A DNA stretch of 64,000 nucleotides, from NCBI GenBank assembly GCA_036172245.1, contig JAYWIR010000039.1:1302001-1366000 (forward strand), read 5' to 3'. Each line of letters starts with the position of its first letter. Positions within the stretch are counted from its first letter, which is position 1. The position numbers were made by a program, and so were the translations under genes. Below, in pieces: positions 51,109-61,919 of this stretch. The DNA comes from Raillietiella orientalis (lineage: Eukaryota). The notes under the pieces are model-generated. The model worked only from the letters and a program-made list of their open reading frames with translations, searched no databases and was not told the origin of the DNA.

Positions 51109-51614
51109 TCACTGGTACTCCCAAGGTCGTATGATGGTGTGCATGCTGGTGTAGAAGAGTCCCTGGTTGCAAGGGTAGGTGGAGATGTTGTCGTCGCCGA
51201 ACGTGAGGTACCCGCTGTTGAAGCTTTGGTTGAACACTTTGAAGTCCTTCTGGGGCTCTCCCTCCGCCCCCGCGGGGACCCTGGCCGCGCTCCTGTGGGA
51301 GCGCGCAGAGGCGGCGGCGGCGGCGGCGGCGGAGGCCGTCCTGTCGAAGTGGAGGTCCTTCCACCGCTTCTTGGGAGGCGCGTGGTCGCTGACGACGTAG
51401 CGGCCGTCCATGTCCGCTAGATTGGCTTCGGCGGGCTGCAGCGGCATGCCCGGGTCGCCGCCGCCGCCGCTGTTGCTGTCCTCCGGGTAGGACGACGACG
51501 AGGGGCTGACGTCATCGTACTGCCGGTAGATCTGCTTGTGGGTCTTCTGGATGTGCTGGATCAGCAGCTCGCTCGTGCCCCACTCGCTGTGGCACAGTCC
51601 GCAGAGGAAGATGC
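51109..51614 (-). CDS. Gene B coding exon 2: C2H2 zinc finger plus tail ending IIRPWEYQ (spliced protein 256 aa)
   Basis: Acceptor gttttcctcccgcccgcAG|GC at 51615/51614. Encodes (G)IFLCGLCHSEWGTSELLIQHIQKTH (F-x-C-x2-C-x3-W-x5-L-x2-H-x4-H); stop TGA at 51111-51109. Confidence 0.9.
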
Positions 51615-51800
51615 CTGCGGGCGGGAGGAAAACGGGGCGGTTCAGTATGCGAGCGTCAGGGAGCTTCCCCTTCCCCTCCTGGCCCTCCGCCCGGCGGGGG
51701 TGGGGGTGGGGGTGGACGCCCTCCCTCGGTCGCCCCCGTGCTCCCGCCCCTGCCTCCCTCCCGGGCCTCCCTCTCACCCTCCCGCGGCGGGGCTGCTCAC
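51615..51800 (-). other. Gene B intron, 186 nt, GT..AG, phase 1, in frame and stop-free
   Basis: GTGAG donor, CTGAA/CTGAC branch candidates, pyrimidine tract and CAG. Removing it aligns gene B with gene A at the PG junction. Confidence 0.8.
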
Positions 51801-52065
51801 CGGGAAAGTTGCTCGAGTCCGCCTGCATCGTCTCCAGCCAGCTCTTCTGCTTCTCCGTCTTGGGTTTCTCCTTGGTCTCGAAGTCCAGCTTCCTCCTGAG
51901 AGACTGCTGCTTCGACATGATGATCCTGCGGTCCCGCACGAGGCAGCAGTGGGAGCACTGGCAGTTATCGTACCGGCATTTTCCCTTGTGACCTTTCAGT
52001 TTGCTGAGGATCGTGTGATTCTTGCAGAGGGCGCAATGAACCTGTATGGTTGGTTTCTCACTCAT
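51801..52065 (-). CDS. Gene B coding exon 1: DM domain transcription factor, paralog of gene A
   Basis: MSEKPTIQVHCALCKNHTILSKLKGHKGKCRYDNCQCSHCCLVRDRRIIMSKQQSLRRKLDF...NFPG has all 8 DM zinc ligands and the LKGHK motif. Phase-1 donor CCG|GTGAGC at 51801/51800; in-frame upstream TAG at 52123-52125. Confidence 0.93.
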
Positions 52066-52264
52066 CGCGCCACCGTCACTGGGTCTCTGGTCGGGAGGCG
52101 GGGGGGGCTCGGCGCAACAGGTCTACATGCGGGAGGAGGGCGGGAGGGCCGTCCCCTTCGCGGGGCGGGGGCAGGGGGACGGAGGAGCGGGCGAGCCTCC
52201 GGCGGCGTTCTCTTCCTCTTCTTCTCGCTCTCCTCCCTCCTCTTGCTGCAGTCTTCTCGTATTC

Positions 52265-52267
<3 letters not shown>

Positions 52268-52300
<33 letters not shown>

Positions 52301-52700
52301 GGCTGTTGCTCCTTCTTCTTCTTCTTCTTGTTGTCGTCGTCGTCGTCGTCGTCGCGGTCGTCGCACGTCCGTGGCAGCCGCCGGGTCCGCCGGCTGTCAT
52401 CGCAGGCCGGGACGCGCGCGCCGTTCACCACCCGGTCCTTCCGGGCGGGCAGGGCGGGGAGGAGGAGGCGGTGCGGCTGCTGCGATCGAACTCCCCCTCG
52501 GCGCTCATGGGAGCGGGCGGATCCGCCTTTCCCGGGCGAGTCACAGAGCCAGCGCAGGGAGACCAGCCCCGCGCGTTGCCGCACCGCGCAGCGCCTCGAA
52601 CATCTCTGGGCCTAAATTTGTAATCGATGCGCCTCCGCCGTGCGCCCGCCCGGCGAGAGCGAACACGTGGACTTTTTATGCCGCTTCCTGACCTTGACGC

Positions 52701-52737
<37 letters not shown>

Positions 52738-52910
52738 AGCCGCGAGCGCGCGCGAACGTGGGCAAAGAAAAGTGAAAGAGCCTGCCCGAATGAGACTTTG
52801 TATCGAACGGGTTCCCTTTCGGGAGCTGTTGCCAAGCGCTCCTCCGGAGGATCGCGCGCGCGCGCGCGCGCGGCGTTGGCGGCGGAGGCCGCAGCAGCAG
52901 CAGCAGGAGC
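52268..52910. repeat. Compound trinucleotide repeats upstream of gene B ((CTG)n, (CTT)n, (GTC)n, (GCC)n)
   Basis: Read directly from the sequence; lies in the probable 5' leader or promoter of gene B. Confidence 0.9.
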
Positions 52911-54387
52911 ACCGGGGAAGGGGCGGCGACTGCGGCGCCAACCTTCGCCACCCGGGTGCTTCTCTCTCTCCCCCTTCCCCCAATCCTCCGCCCCCTTTGC
53001 GTTTGCTTCTTCCTTCTTTTTTCTGCGTGCTTTTTTTCCCCTTTTTCTTCCCCCTTCCTCCCTTCCTCCTTCTCCCTCTCCTCTTCTTCCACTTTTCTTC
53101 CCTTTCTTCTCTTCCTCCTGCACTCGTCCTTTTTCTCGACCATCTGGGCAGAGGCGCGCGCGCGCCCGACTAGTGGCCCCAAGTTGGTTACGTTTTTGAG
53201 ACCGTCGCCGCCGCGGGGGAGGAGGGAGGGAACGAATAGGTTCCGACCGCCACCACCCACCTGCCCTCGCCCGAGAAAGAACGGGAGGGCTTCGCCCCAG
53301 CACCCACGGGCCAACCGGGCGGCTCCTCCTCTGGGAAACGCGGGGTTCTTTGGCTCGCCACCCTCCGTGTCGCCGAGGATGCAGAGCGGGCCGAGAGGGG
53401 CGTGTGGGCAGTGCTCCGTGGTGCGCCCCTTTCGCCGAGGGCGTGAGTGCAGAGCGTCCCGCAAGATGGCATCAAAGCATCGAAGCGCTCGCGTGGGTAA
53501 GCCGGCCAGTCCCTCGAAGACCCGGCGAGCGAGGCGCCACGTTTCGGTGCCCTCGGAACGTTGAAAGCTCCACCCTGGTCTCCTCCCTCCATCTCTCTCC
53601 CACCGCCTGACGGCGGGTCACCCGCCCCCGAGCGCGTCTCGGCGACCCAACGTGTCCAGTGGTGGCGGTCCGCGACTCCTCCGGCCGGAAGCCGGCGGCC
53701 ACTTCCCAGGGCACGCGCTCTCGGCGGCGGCGGGGCAGGCGAAGGGATGCGACGGCGGAGGCACCCGGCCCCTATCGTGAAGCTGCGCCGCGTGCTCCCT
53801 TCGGAAGACCGAATCCGCCGCCTGTGGCCTGGTGGAGCGACCCCTATCTAAGGGGTCGGTTCGTATCCTCCAGCGTCCTCGGCTGCCACCAGCGTTTGCT
53901 TTTCCCGCGGCAGTAGTGCCCTCTCCCGGCGTTCGCGGGGGTTCTTCGGCGCTTCCTCCCGCACGGCTCCGCCTCCTTGAAACCCGTCGACGAGACCCGG
54001 GGCATCCCGGGGTTTCCTGGTCGTCAACTCCCCTCTTTCCCCTTCACCGCCATCGCTCTGGCCTTCCTTGGAACAAGGAACGGCCAGAGGGGAGAGCGAG
54101 GGCGCGCCGCGCGTGGCCCACGGTCGACCGGAACGTTCTGGGAACGAGGAGCCTGGGATGGCCCGCCGCCGCCACGGCTCGGGTTCGAACCCATCGGAGG
54201 GCCTCTCGGAGGTGCGGCGCCGGAGGACATCGTTGGAAAGGAAGCGTGAGAGGGCGCGCGTCCGGCTGCCACCGGAGCGGCAGGGTTGCCTCCTTGTTGT
54301 CAGGAAGAAGGACGCCTGCTGGTCAGGGGGTCTGTTGGCGCCACTCGGCTGCATCCTTGGCAGCGGATCCTCTTCCACCGCCTAGTG

Positions 54388-54425
54388 GATGAAGGTGTTA
54401 CCGGTTCCCCGGTAACACCTTCATC
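54388..54425. repeat. Perfect 17-bp inverted repeat with 4-nt loop
   Basis: GATGAAGGTGTTACCGG-ttcc-CCGGTAACACCTTCATC. Confidence 0.95.
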
Positions 54426-56021
54426 TCCCGAACCCGTTCTCCTGACCTTTTGGCCGTTCCGTGTTCGCAGATGGCTCGCTGAGGTCCGGAGCTCTCGGCT
54501 CGTCATCACGGAGACGCGCAGGTGGCTCGAATGCTTTGTGGTCATGTGATGCTTCCAGGGTCGAAGATCACTCCGTTCCGAGATGTTTCCATGACGGAAC
54601 CGCACCCTCGCTGCCTCGTGTCGAGTCGACAGCAGCGGCAGCAGCTGCTCCGCTTTTTCTACGGTGACCTAAGGTCACGTGCGTTCGCGTTCGTATGGCA
54701 AACCTTCGCGAGGGCTGATGCAACCGTCCCTCCTTCAGCGGACCTTGTCCAGGAAACGCTTCCGGAATTCGGTTCGTTGCCATGGTGCTCTTGCAAGGAG
54801 TATGCGCTCTTTCGCGAGGTGAGTCTGTGAGCCCGCAAAATGCCTCTCCGCGAGACGGGACGTCAGGTCGAGTGCTGCTCTCTCGATGTCAACCAGAGGA
54901 CTTCTTTGCCTGTTTTTTTTTTTTTTTTTCGTGTGGTATTCCGCGCCCCTGCGTATCTACGGCGGAGGATACGGTTTGGAACCTCGAAGAACCGGCGGTC
55001 AGAGCTCCGGATCTTCGGGGTAACCGCGGGCTATCCACGTGAGAGCTTCCACGCGACCACCTCGCGACGCTCTCCATCTCGGGGTTGTGTTCCTTACAGG
55101 ACCCCTTTTGCACGTAGACCTCGCTTGAGGGTGCTTTTTTTTTTTGTTTAGCGCCGTCAGCTGATGTCGGCGCTCGTAGTCTGATTTCTTCGCTCAAGAT
55201 GGCGCATGTGGTGCTTTACGGAGGTCCCGAGGCGAAGAGGCGGGAACGCTGTCGGCAGGCGAGAGAGCGAAGGAGATTGCCCCACAGCATTGCGGGCGCG
55301 AGGGAGGGCTCAGCGGCGGTCGCGAATTTGGGAGCGGTGAGGAAACGCCCTTTGGATGCCTCCCGCTGCCTTCCGGGACCGGGATCTTCAGGGACTGCCG
55401 CCAGGTGTCGGGCGTTATCGGGACGCGAGGGTGATGCATAGAACCACGTGACTCCGGACCGTCGACACACCCGAGGTCATTCAATGTTACTGCTGCTGCT
55501 GCTGGCGGTGGAAGCTGGCGGCGAAGAGGGTCGCCCCTGGTCGGTCAACAGAGCGCAGAGCCCTTCCAGCCGCTGTCGCTTCCCTGCCTCCGTTCTTCCG
55601 TGCCTCGAGGCTAGCAGAGCCACCCAAAGATGAACGGGAGGCTGCGACCAGGAGCCCGGGCACGAAGGCTGCGCGTCAGATTTGTTGGTAATTTTAGATA
55701 CCTTCGTAAACTGTTTCATCTCACGGGTTCTTGTTGTTTTTTCTATTCATTACTCGTGGTCCGGCGGACTTTTTGCCGCGCTCAATTTTTTCTTTGTGTG
55801 TGTGTGTGTGTTTTTTTTATTCTCTCTCTTAGATCTCTTCATCTCTTCTTCCCCCTTTCCATCTTTCAAATTTCTCCCGCAGTAACGCAAAAGTTCATTT
55901 GTCATGTCGTGTTTCCTTGGATACGAGCAGATTTATTGAAAAGACCATCACTATTTGTGTGTATTAATACGTTCGCATTCTTTATTTATTGCCGCACTCA
56001 CTGGTGCCAGTAAAGCTACCA

Positions 56022-56077
56022 CTGACTCTCCCCCTCCCGCCTCCTCCTCTCTCTCTTTTTTTTTCTTGTAGGTGAGT
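56022..56077 (+). other. Candidate recursive splice site (ratchet point, zero-length exon)
   Basis: CTGAC branch motif (56022-56026), about 41 nt of almost pure pyrimidines, then TGTAG immediately followed by the consensus donor GTGAGT (AG 56070-71 | GT 56072-73). Confidence 0.5.
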
Positions 56078-57599
56078 GTGGGCGTGTGCATTTCTTGCAA
56101 TGAAGCCGCTGCCTCGCGCGCCCGTTCAGGGGACGGCGACTTATCCGCTCTTGCAGGGCGAGGTGAGGCCGGCGAAGCTGCAACGGCCCTCGCACCTGCT
56201 CCCGGTAGGCAGCACCTTCCTGCCCCTGCCACCTCGCGTCCCCGTTTTGGCCCTCCGGGAGGCCGGCCCTCCCCCCCACACCGAAGTGCGCCAGCCACCC
56301 TCCTTGCTTTTTTCCTCGCTTCCTTTTTGCGAGCCGCCGCTGCGGGATTCACCCGCGTGGAGGTGACCGCTCCCTGTGACCTTTCCGATGCGCACTCGCC
56401 GCCCTCTCAGCATCCTGCGAAGTTCATCTTCCGGTCTGACGCGGTGCTTTTCAATCCGTCTCCCGGCCGACCGCCGCGTGTCCTTTCCCATTTTGGAAGC
56501 GAGCAGCTGCGAAGCAAGCGGGTCAGTCCTTCCCAGGGGACAAGCATCGGTGCCGTCATTCCGAAGAATCTCCGGCCTAGATTCTCCAGGACTCCGGTCC
56601 AGAGTTCTAGAGGAAGCAGTACGTCCCACGCACGGTCCAGGCGCAGCTTCCTCTTGAGGTCGATCCACCTCGCCCTGCCGTCTCCCAGGAATCCTGACGC
56701 AAGAGCCCAGTGTCTGGATCCATGGAATCCGCCGTCACTGATGCGACCCCGATCGAAAACCTGAGGAGAGCGGGAGTGGGTTCGTCTACATCCATTGGCT
56801 TCCTTGGATGCCGCCAGTGTCGCTCTTCCCGTTGTTCTCTCCCGGAAGTCGTGGCGACTTCACCCCTCCCCCCCGGGCCCCTCCTCCTCTGCATTTTCCG
56901 TAGAAGCTTGAAGGCTCAGGACTGCCTCATGGACGTCTCCTGCTGCAGCTCCCAGCAGACCGCCTCCATCTTGCCAGCAGTGCACCCGAAGCGAGGAACG
57001 CCGCCACTGCGCCTCGGTGGGGACTCGGTTTTCCGCGATGCTGCCCCCTGGACTCGTTTCGAGGAACCCTCGCTCCCCCAGGATTGCCGGCCGCCTCCTC
57101 GCTGGCGGCCCTCCACCACGTCGCAAGCAGCGGCGGCCGCCGAAACGGAACAAAGGGCACGGCCGCCGCGTCATCCCATGGTGCCCTCGCGACGCCATCG
57201 CCTGCAGGCGGAGGGGCGCCATCTGGGACGGGAGGTTCGAAGAGACCTCCGGACGATCGTGGGTAGGCGAGCAGGACCCCGGTAGATCACTTCCGTCCCA
57301 TCCCTCCCCTATCTGGCGCAGATCCTCGGGAAATCAAGCCGAGTACCTCGGGGTCCATCCAATCCACTCGCTTCCCTTCATTTACTTATTGGTCCTCCAT
57401 CCTCTTCTCCCGTACCCAGTGAGGTGAGCGCTCTTAGCTTCAGGACGGCGTTCGGACTCCTTCTGCATGGATTCTATATACTGCTGTTAAATAAACATCC
57501 TGGCAATCCGGGGTGAGAAGGTCGCGCGCCGGGTCGTTTCCTTATATAGGAAAACAGAACGACCCTCGTAGGAATAAATACGTACATATTAAGCACGTC

Positions 57600-60500
57600 A
57601 GAAGGGCACGGCGTCCTTCAAACACTTGAACCGCGGAAGGGATGAGTACAAAGGTGAGGGGACAGCAAATGCATGAAGAAATAAATTATGAAGGAAAGGT
57701 CACCCCGGTCACAGCCCTCCGGAACCTCAGATTTTTGCGCAGCGGCGCTTGCGATGCCTTCCCTTGCTGCTCCACGCAGGTGGAGCCACTTCGCTGCAAT
57801 CCTCGGCGTGGATATGGCTGGGGGAAGGAGGATGACCCTCATTCCTATGATGGCTGGGGCCGCTCTCAAGCCGAGCCGTCGGCGCGGCGTAGGGGCTGAT
57901 GAAGAAGCAGCGCCATGCTTTCCTCAGGGCTGTCATCCGGGTCTTGCGAGGGCCGTCGGCAAGCTCCCTCAGCCCGAAAGAAGGGCAGGGACAGGAGGAC
58001 ATTCCGCAGAGGCTTCTCGCCCTCGTCAGGTGACGGCAGCGCCCGCTGCACACGTGGCTTTCCCAACGCAAGGGAGGGGCCGTCGTCTACTGAAGCGCGG
58101 AGCTTTCAGGACCCTCAGGGCGGGGAGCCAGCTGCTCTTGGGGGAGACCAGAAAGGTCCGTGAAGTGAGCATCGTCTCCGGTCCTGCAGCGTACCAGGAG
58201 CAGCCGCAACGACGCAAACACTTTGTGTCAGGCGGGAACGACGGGAAAAGGCCACCGCTCAGGGAGCGACTCTATAAATAGATCTCGCGACCTTCGGACG
58301 CATCCGAGATCTGCACGAAAGAAGCGGGAGATGCGGATGTGCCATCCCGACGACCCGAGGATGTTACCGAGCAACGAGCAGGAGGTCGTTCGAGGTGACG
58401 GGGGTGCGGGGAAGGAGATAGCAAGGCGAAGTCACGTGGCGTCCCCTGCTGATTCCCTAGTGAGCGTGGCGGCGCGAGTTCCCCCCATGATGGGTCGTTG
58501 GTCTTGTACGCGCAGGAGTACCTAGCCGACCTCAGCGTCCTGGGGGGAATTCTGGATGCAAAATACCGGGTTGAGCGGAGACTGAGCCTCCGTTTCGCTC
58601 TCCCGGGAACCGTTCCCGAGGGAACACGAAAGTTTCTGAATTGGACGGAAGGGCTTTCTTTCTTCTCTGGATGATCCCGAGGCCTGCATAGCCGGATTCT
58701 CTCTGGGATGGAGGCTTCTTTTCTTATTTGCCCACGGGGCTGTTCTCCGAAGCGGCCTTCGGCCGTCCGAGTGCCCACTTCTTGCGCGGAAGGAAACCGT
58801 CTCCCTCGAACGTCTGGAACCTGACGGTGGTGTCTTCGTCTCCGGGAGCGTTCCTGCGGGAGCTACAGAGAGGGGGACTGGATGCCTCCGCTGCTGCCGA
58901 AGACGCTTCTTCGCGGCTTGGGGAACATCCCAGCGCCGTTGGCGAGCCACCACCACTCAGCTCCAGGAACTTCTTGTCCCGGGCTGGCGACCCGCTCGAA
59001 GCGCGCGGAGGAGAGAAGAAGGTCCTCCACAGCGTGCCCGGCTCCCAACCCTCCCTCTTCCCTCCAGGGAGGAGGGCATCTGGGGAGGAGGAAGAGGGCA
59101 GGTCCGAACGGGACCGAATGAGTCGGGAAGAATCCGTGGTTCGGTTCGACACTGAGGAACCAAGAAGACCAGCCGCAATCCTCCCGCGCAGGCTCCGAGG
59201 ATTCACCGGGGGGGTCATCGTCACTTCTCCTGCATAGAATTAGCACTCGGTAACTCCAGGAGGAACCGCTGATGAAACGTGGATGCGGACGGAGACTCTG
59301 ACCCACCTGAACTGCAACGCCATCATCGGATGGGGAGACCCCTTGCAGGGAGACTCAGGGGTGTCAGTGTAGATCGCACCCCAGCATGTAACTGCTGAGG
59401 ACGGCGTGCGTCCATCACTTTATTGTGCGCAGCAGGAGGAAGAGGATGCTCCTGCGGAGAGGGAGGTGTGACCTGCCGTATCCCCTGGGAGTCACCAAGC
59501 CCACTGGCCAGTGGGAAGCTTGACGAACGGAGACATTCCGGAAGTTCCAGCTAGGGTCCCCCAATGAAGGATGGAATCTCTGGGGATCACCAGAGAGATC
59601 TTGGAGATTCCGTGTTTGCTGGTCGACGCTTCCACCCACCCTCTCTTCGGCGCCTGCAGACCGTCCTGTTGCAGGAGCCACTAGACGCCTCCCTTCCGGA
59701 AACGAGAAACGCCAGAGAGCCTCCGCGTGGAAGGTCCCCAAGAAATGCCTCCGCTGCGGGACAGATGGTAGCGACACCCCCGCACGTGCTGCTGGGTGCA
59801 GGAGCTGCGCCGGGGCCGGGGCTCACCGCTGGGATGCTTCGGTCCCATGGTGCCGCAGGGCGGGAGGGGGCCGTTCGCGTCTCCAGGCTCTCTCACCGGT
59901 CGCCCTTGCCGCGCACGAGCTGCGATGGCTGCCGGGCGGAAAAGGGACGGCCGTCTTCCCGGGGATCCGCTTGCAGTCGCCATTGCCTGCAGGAGAAGGG
60001 CGGCGAGATCTGCTAGTCTGTCGTCCGGGATGGGAGGTCCGAGCGAGGATTGAGGGCAGACCCAACCCCAAACTGGAGAAAGCCCCTTACGTCCCATCCC
60101 TTCCTGACTGAGGAATCATGCTGAGCACCGCAGGGCATGCCCATCCCCACTCCCTATTTATTTATTTTCTGTCCCTTTCCTTTCCCTCTCCTCCTCCCTA
60201 GTTGTGTCCGCTGAGAAGGCAATCCCTTTGGTTCCGTACCGATGCAGGCTGGCCCCTCTCCGCCTGTGGCTGTGCCACTTGACTTCATTTTCGATCGACA
60301 GTGCGGCTATGCGCGATGGATTGGTCACGCTGGGACGTTTATCGGTAGCGAAAATAAACCCACAGCGATCCTGAATGTACCGGGGTGGAGGGAGGCGCAC
60401 AATTGGAATCACTGAACCAACATAGGGGTCCCTAGTGGGGCGGCAGGAAGAAAAGAAAGGGGTGGGAATGGGGGGACAGTCGACCGGGCTTCTGGCTAAG

Positions 60501-60700
60501 GTTTCTCTGCGGATGACCGCATCCGGATACCTCCATCCTCGGAGCTGCTCGGAGCGGTCCCTGGAGGATGCCTTTGCCAAGCCTTTGGCGTTACAAAAAA
60601 CAAAGCAGTCTGTAGCGACGGAGATGCCTCCCTCGTCAGGTCGTTTTGCGGGAAGAGCCAGCTGGGCAGGTCTTCGGAACTGCATCTCTCGCCTTCGTCC
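57600..60700 (-). mobile_element. Decayed LINE ORF2 (APE endonuclease to start of RT)
   Basis: CFVFCNAKGL...YPDAVIRRETL (like WNARGL..PD.I..QET) at 60.6-60.5 kb, SLGD at about 59.56 kb, SSGRRDGT (like SPGPDG) at about 58.35 kb. Confidence 0.5.
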
Positions 60701-61919
60701 CCCATGCTGGAGGTCCTGGAATCCTGTGAGGAGGGTCGGAAAAGTTTCCTTCGCTCGGCATTTCTTGCAGTGGGGGTCTGCTTTCCACTGTGGGGAGTGG
60801 CTGAGGAGGTCATCCCAAGCCTTAGCGACCCCTGTATGTCGCTAAGGCCAGCAAGTGCTAGACTCTTGAGGGAATCGTCGAGGACTATCGAAAACCCGAT
60901 TGGGATTTGCATCGAACTTTCAGGCAGATTGCCCGCTGTCTCAGTCCTTTGGCTCTGAGCGTTTTCTGTTTTTCTTCCTCCTCCTCTTCTTTCTGTCTTC
61001 TTCCTCTTCCCTTTTCTCCTCCTCTTCATCTTTCTTCTTCTTTCTCCTTCTCCTTCTCTCTTCCTCCTCATCTTGCTTTCTCCTCATCCTCTCTCTATTT
61101 TTTTTTTGTAGCGATTCTGCCACCAGGTTGCATGATGGGCCTTTCTTTCTCGCGAGAAGATTCTTTCCCCGAATTTTTCTCTGTTCCCGCGGGATGCCAT
61201 TCCCCTCTGTCTCTCCTTTGTCTGCTGCTGCTTCTGGTTCCACTCCGCCGCATCAAGAGTCACGGGAACTCTTCCATCGCGTTTCGGTAGTAAAGAAAAA
61301 GGCGAAAGGGAGTGGCGCCTTTGCTTCCCATGTTTCTTGTCTCCCTGGATCTCCCGGTCTGAGCAGCCTCTTCCTGTTCCATCCAGGAGGAGATCCACCC
61401 CTTCTCTGCTGGTTCGTAAGTCCCCCCACCCTCCTGCTGTCCGATGACTTTCGGCATCCTCGATGCATCGCCTATGGAGCGTGAGGATCAGGGAAGAGAA
61501 AGCAGCGTGGGGCACTCGTCCAGCGAGGTGCTTCCTCCTGAGACGATCCTCCGAGTCCGGAAGAGGGAGAGGGGTGAACGCGAGGCGCCGACAGCACGAC
61601 CTCGTGAAAGGTCTGTTCTTGCATAGCCGGCCAAAAAAAAAAAACAAGAAGAAAAATCATGCCCATCGGCTACTCGACGAGACAAGAAAGACATCGTCTC
61701 CACATGCCCCTTGGCATGTAGCAGGAGGAGCGGGCGGCATCGAGTGGGATGACATTCCCGGAACAGTTGTTTCCGTTTGCAGGGCGAGAAGCCACCAATC
61801 ATCGCACTGTGGCACCTCTTCGCTCCGAGAGGCGCGGGAGAAGGGGCAGACAAAAAAAGAGAAAGAAAGAAAAACAAAAACAAACGGCCCGGCTCCGACA
61901 CGGTGGCCGTCGGGTGACT

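Noticed and set aside
57540..57550. CArG box CCTTATATAGG
   Set aside because: Seven W bases rather than the six in CC(A/T)6GG.
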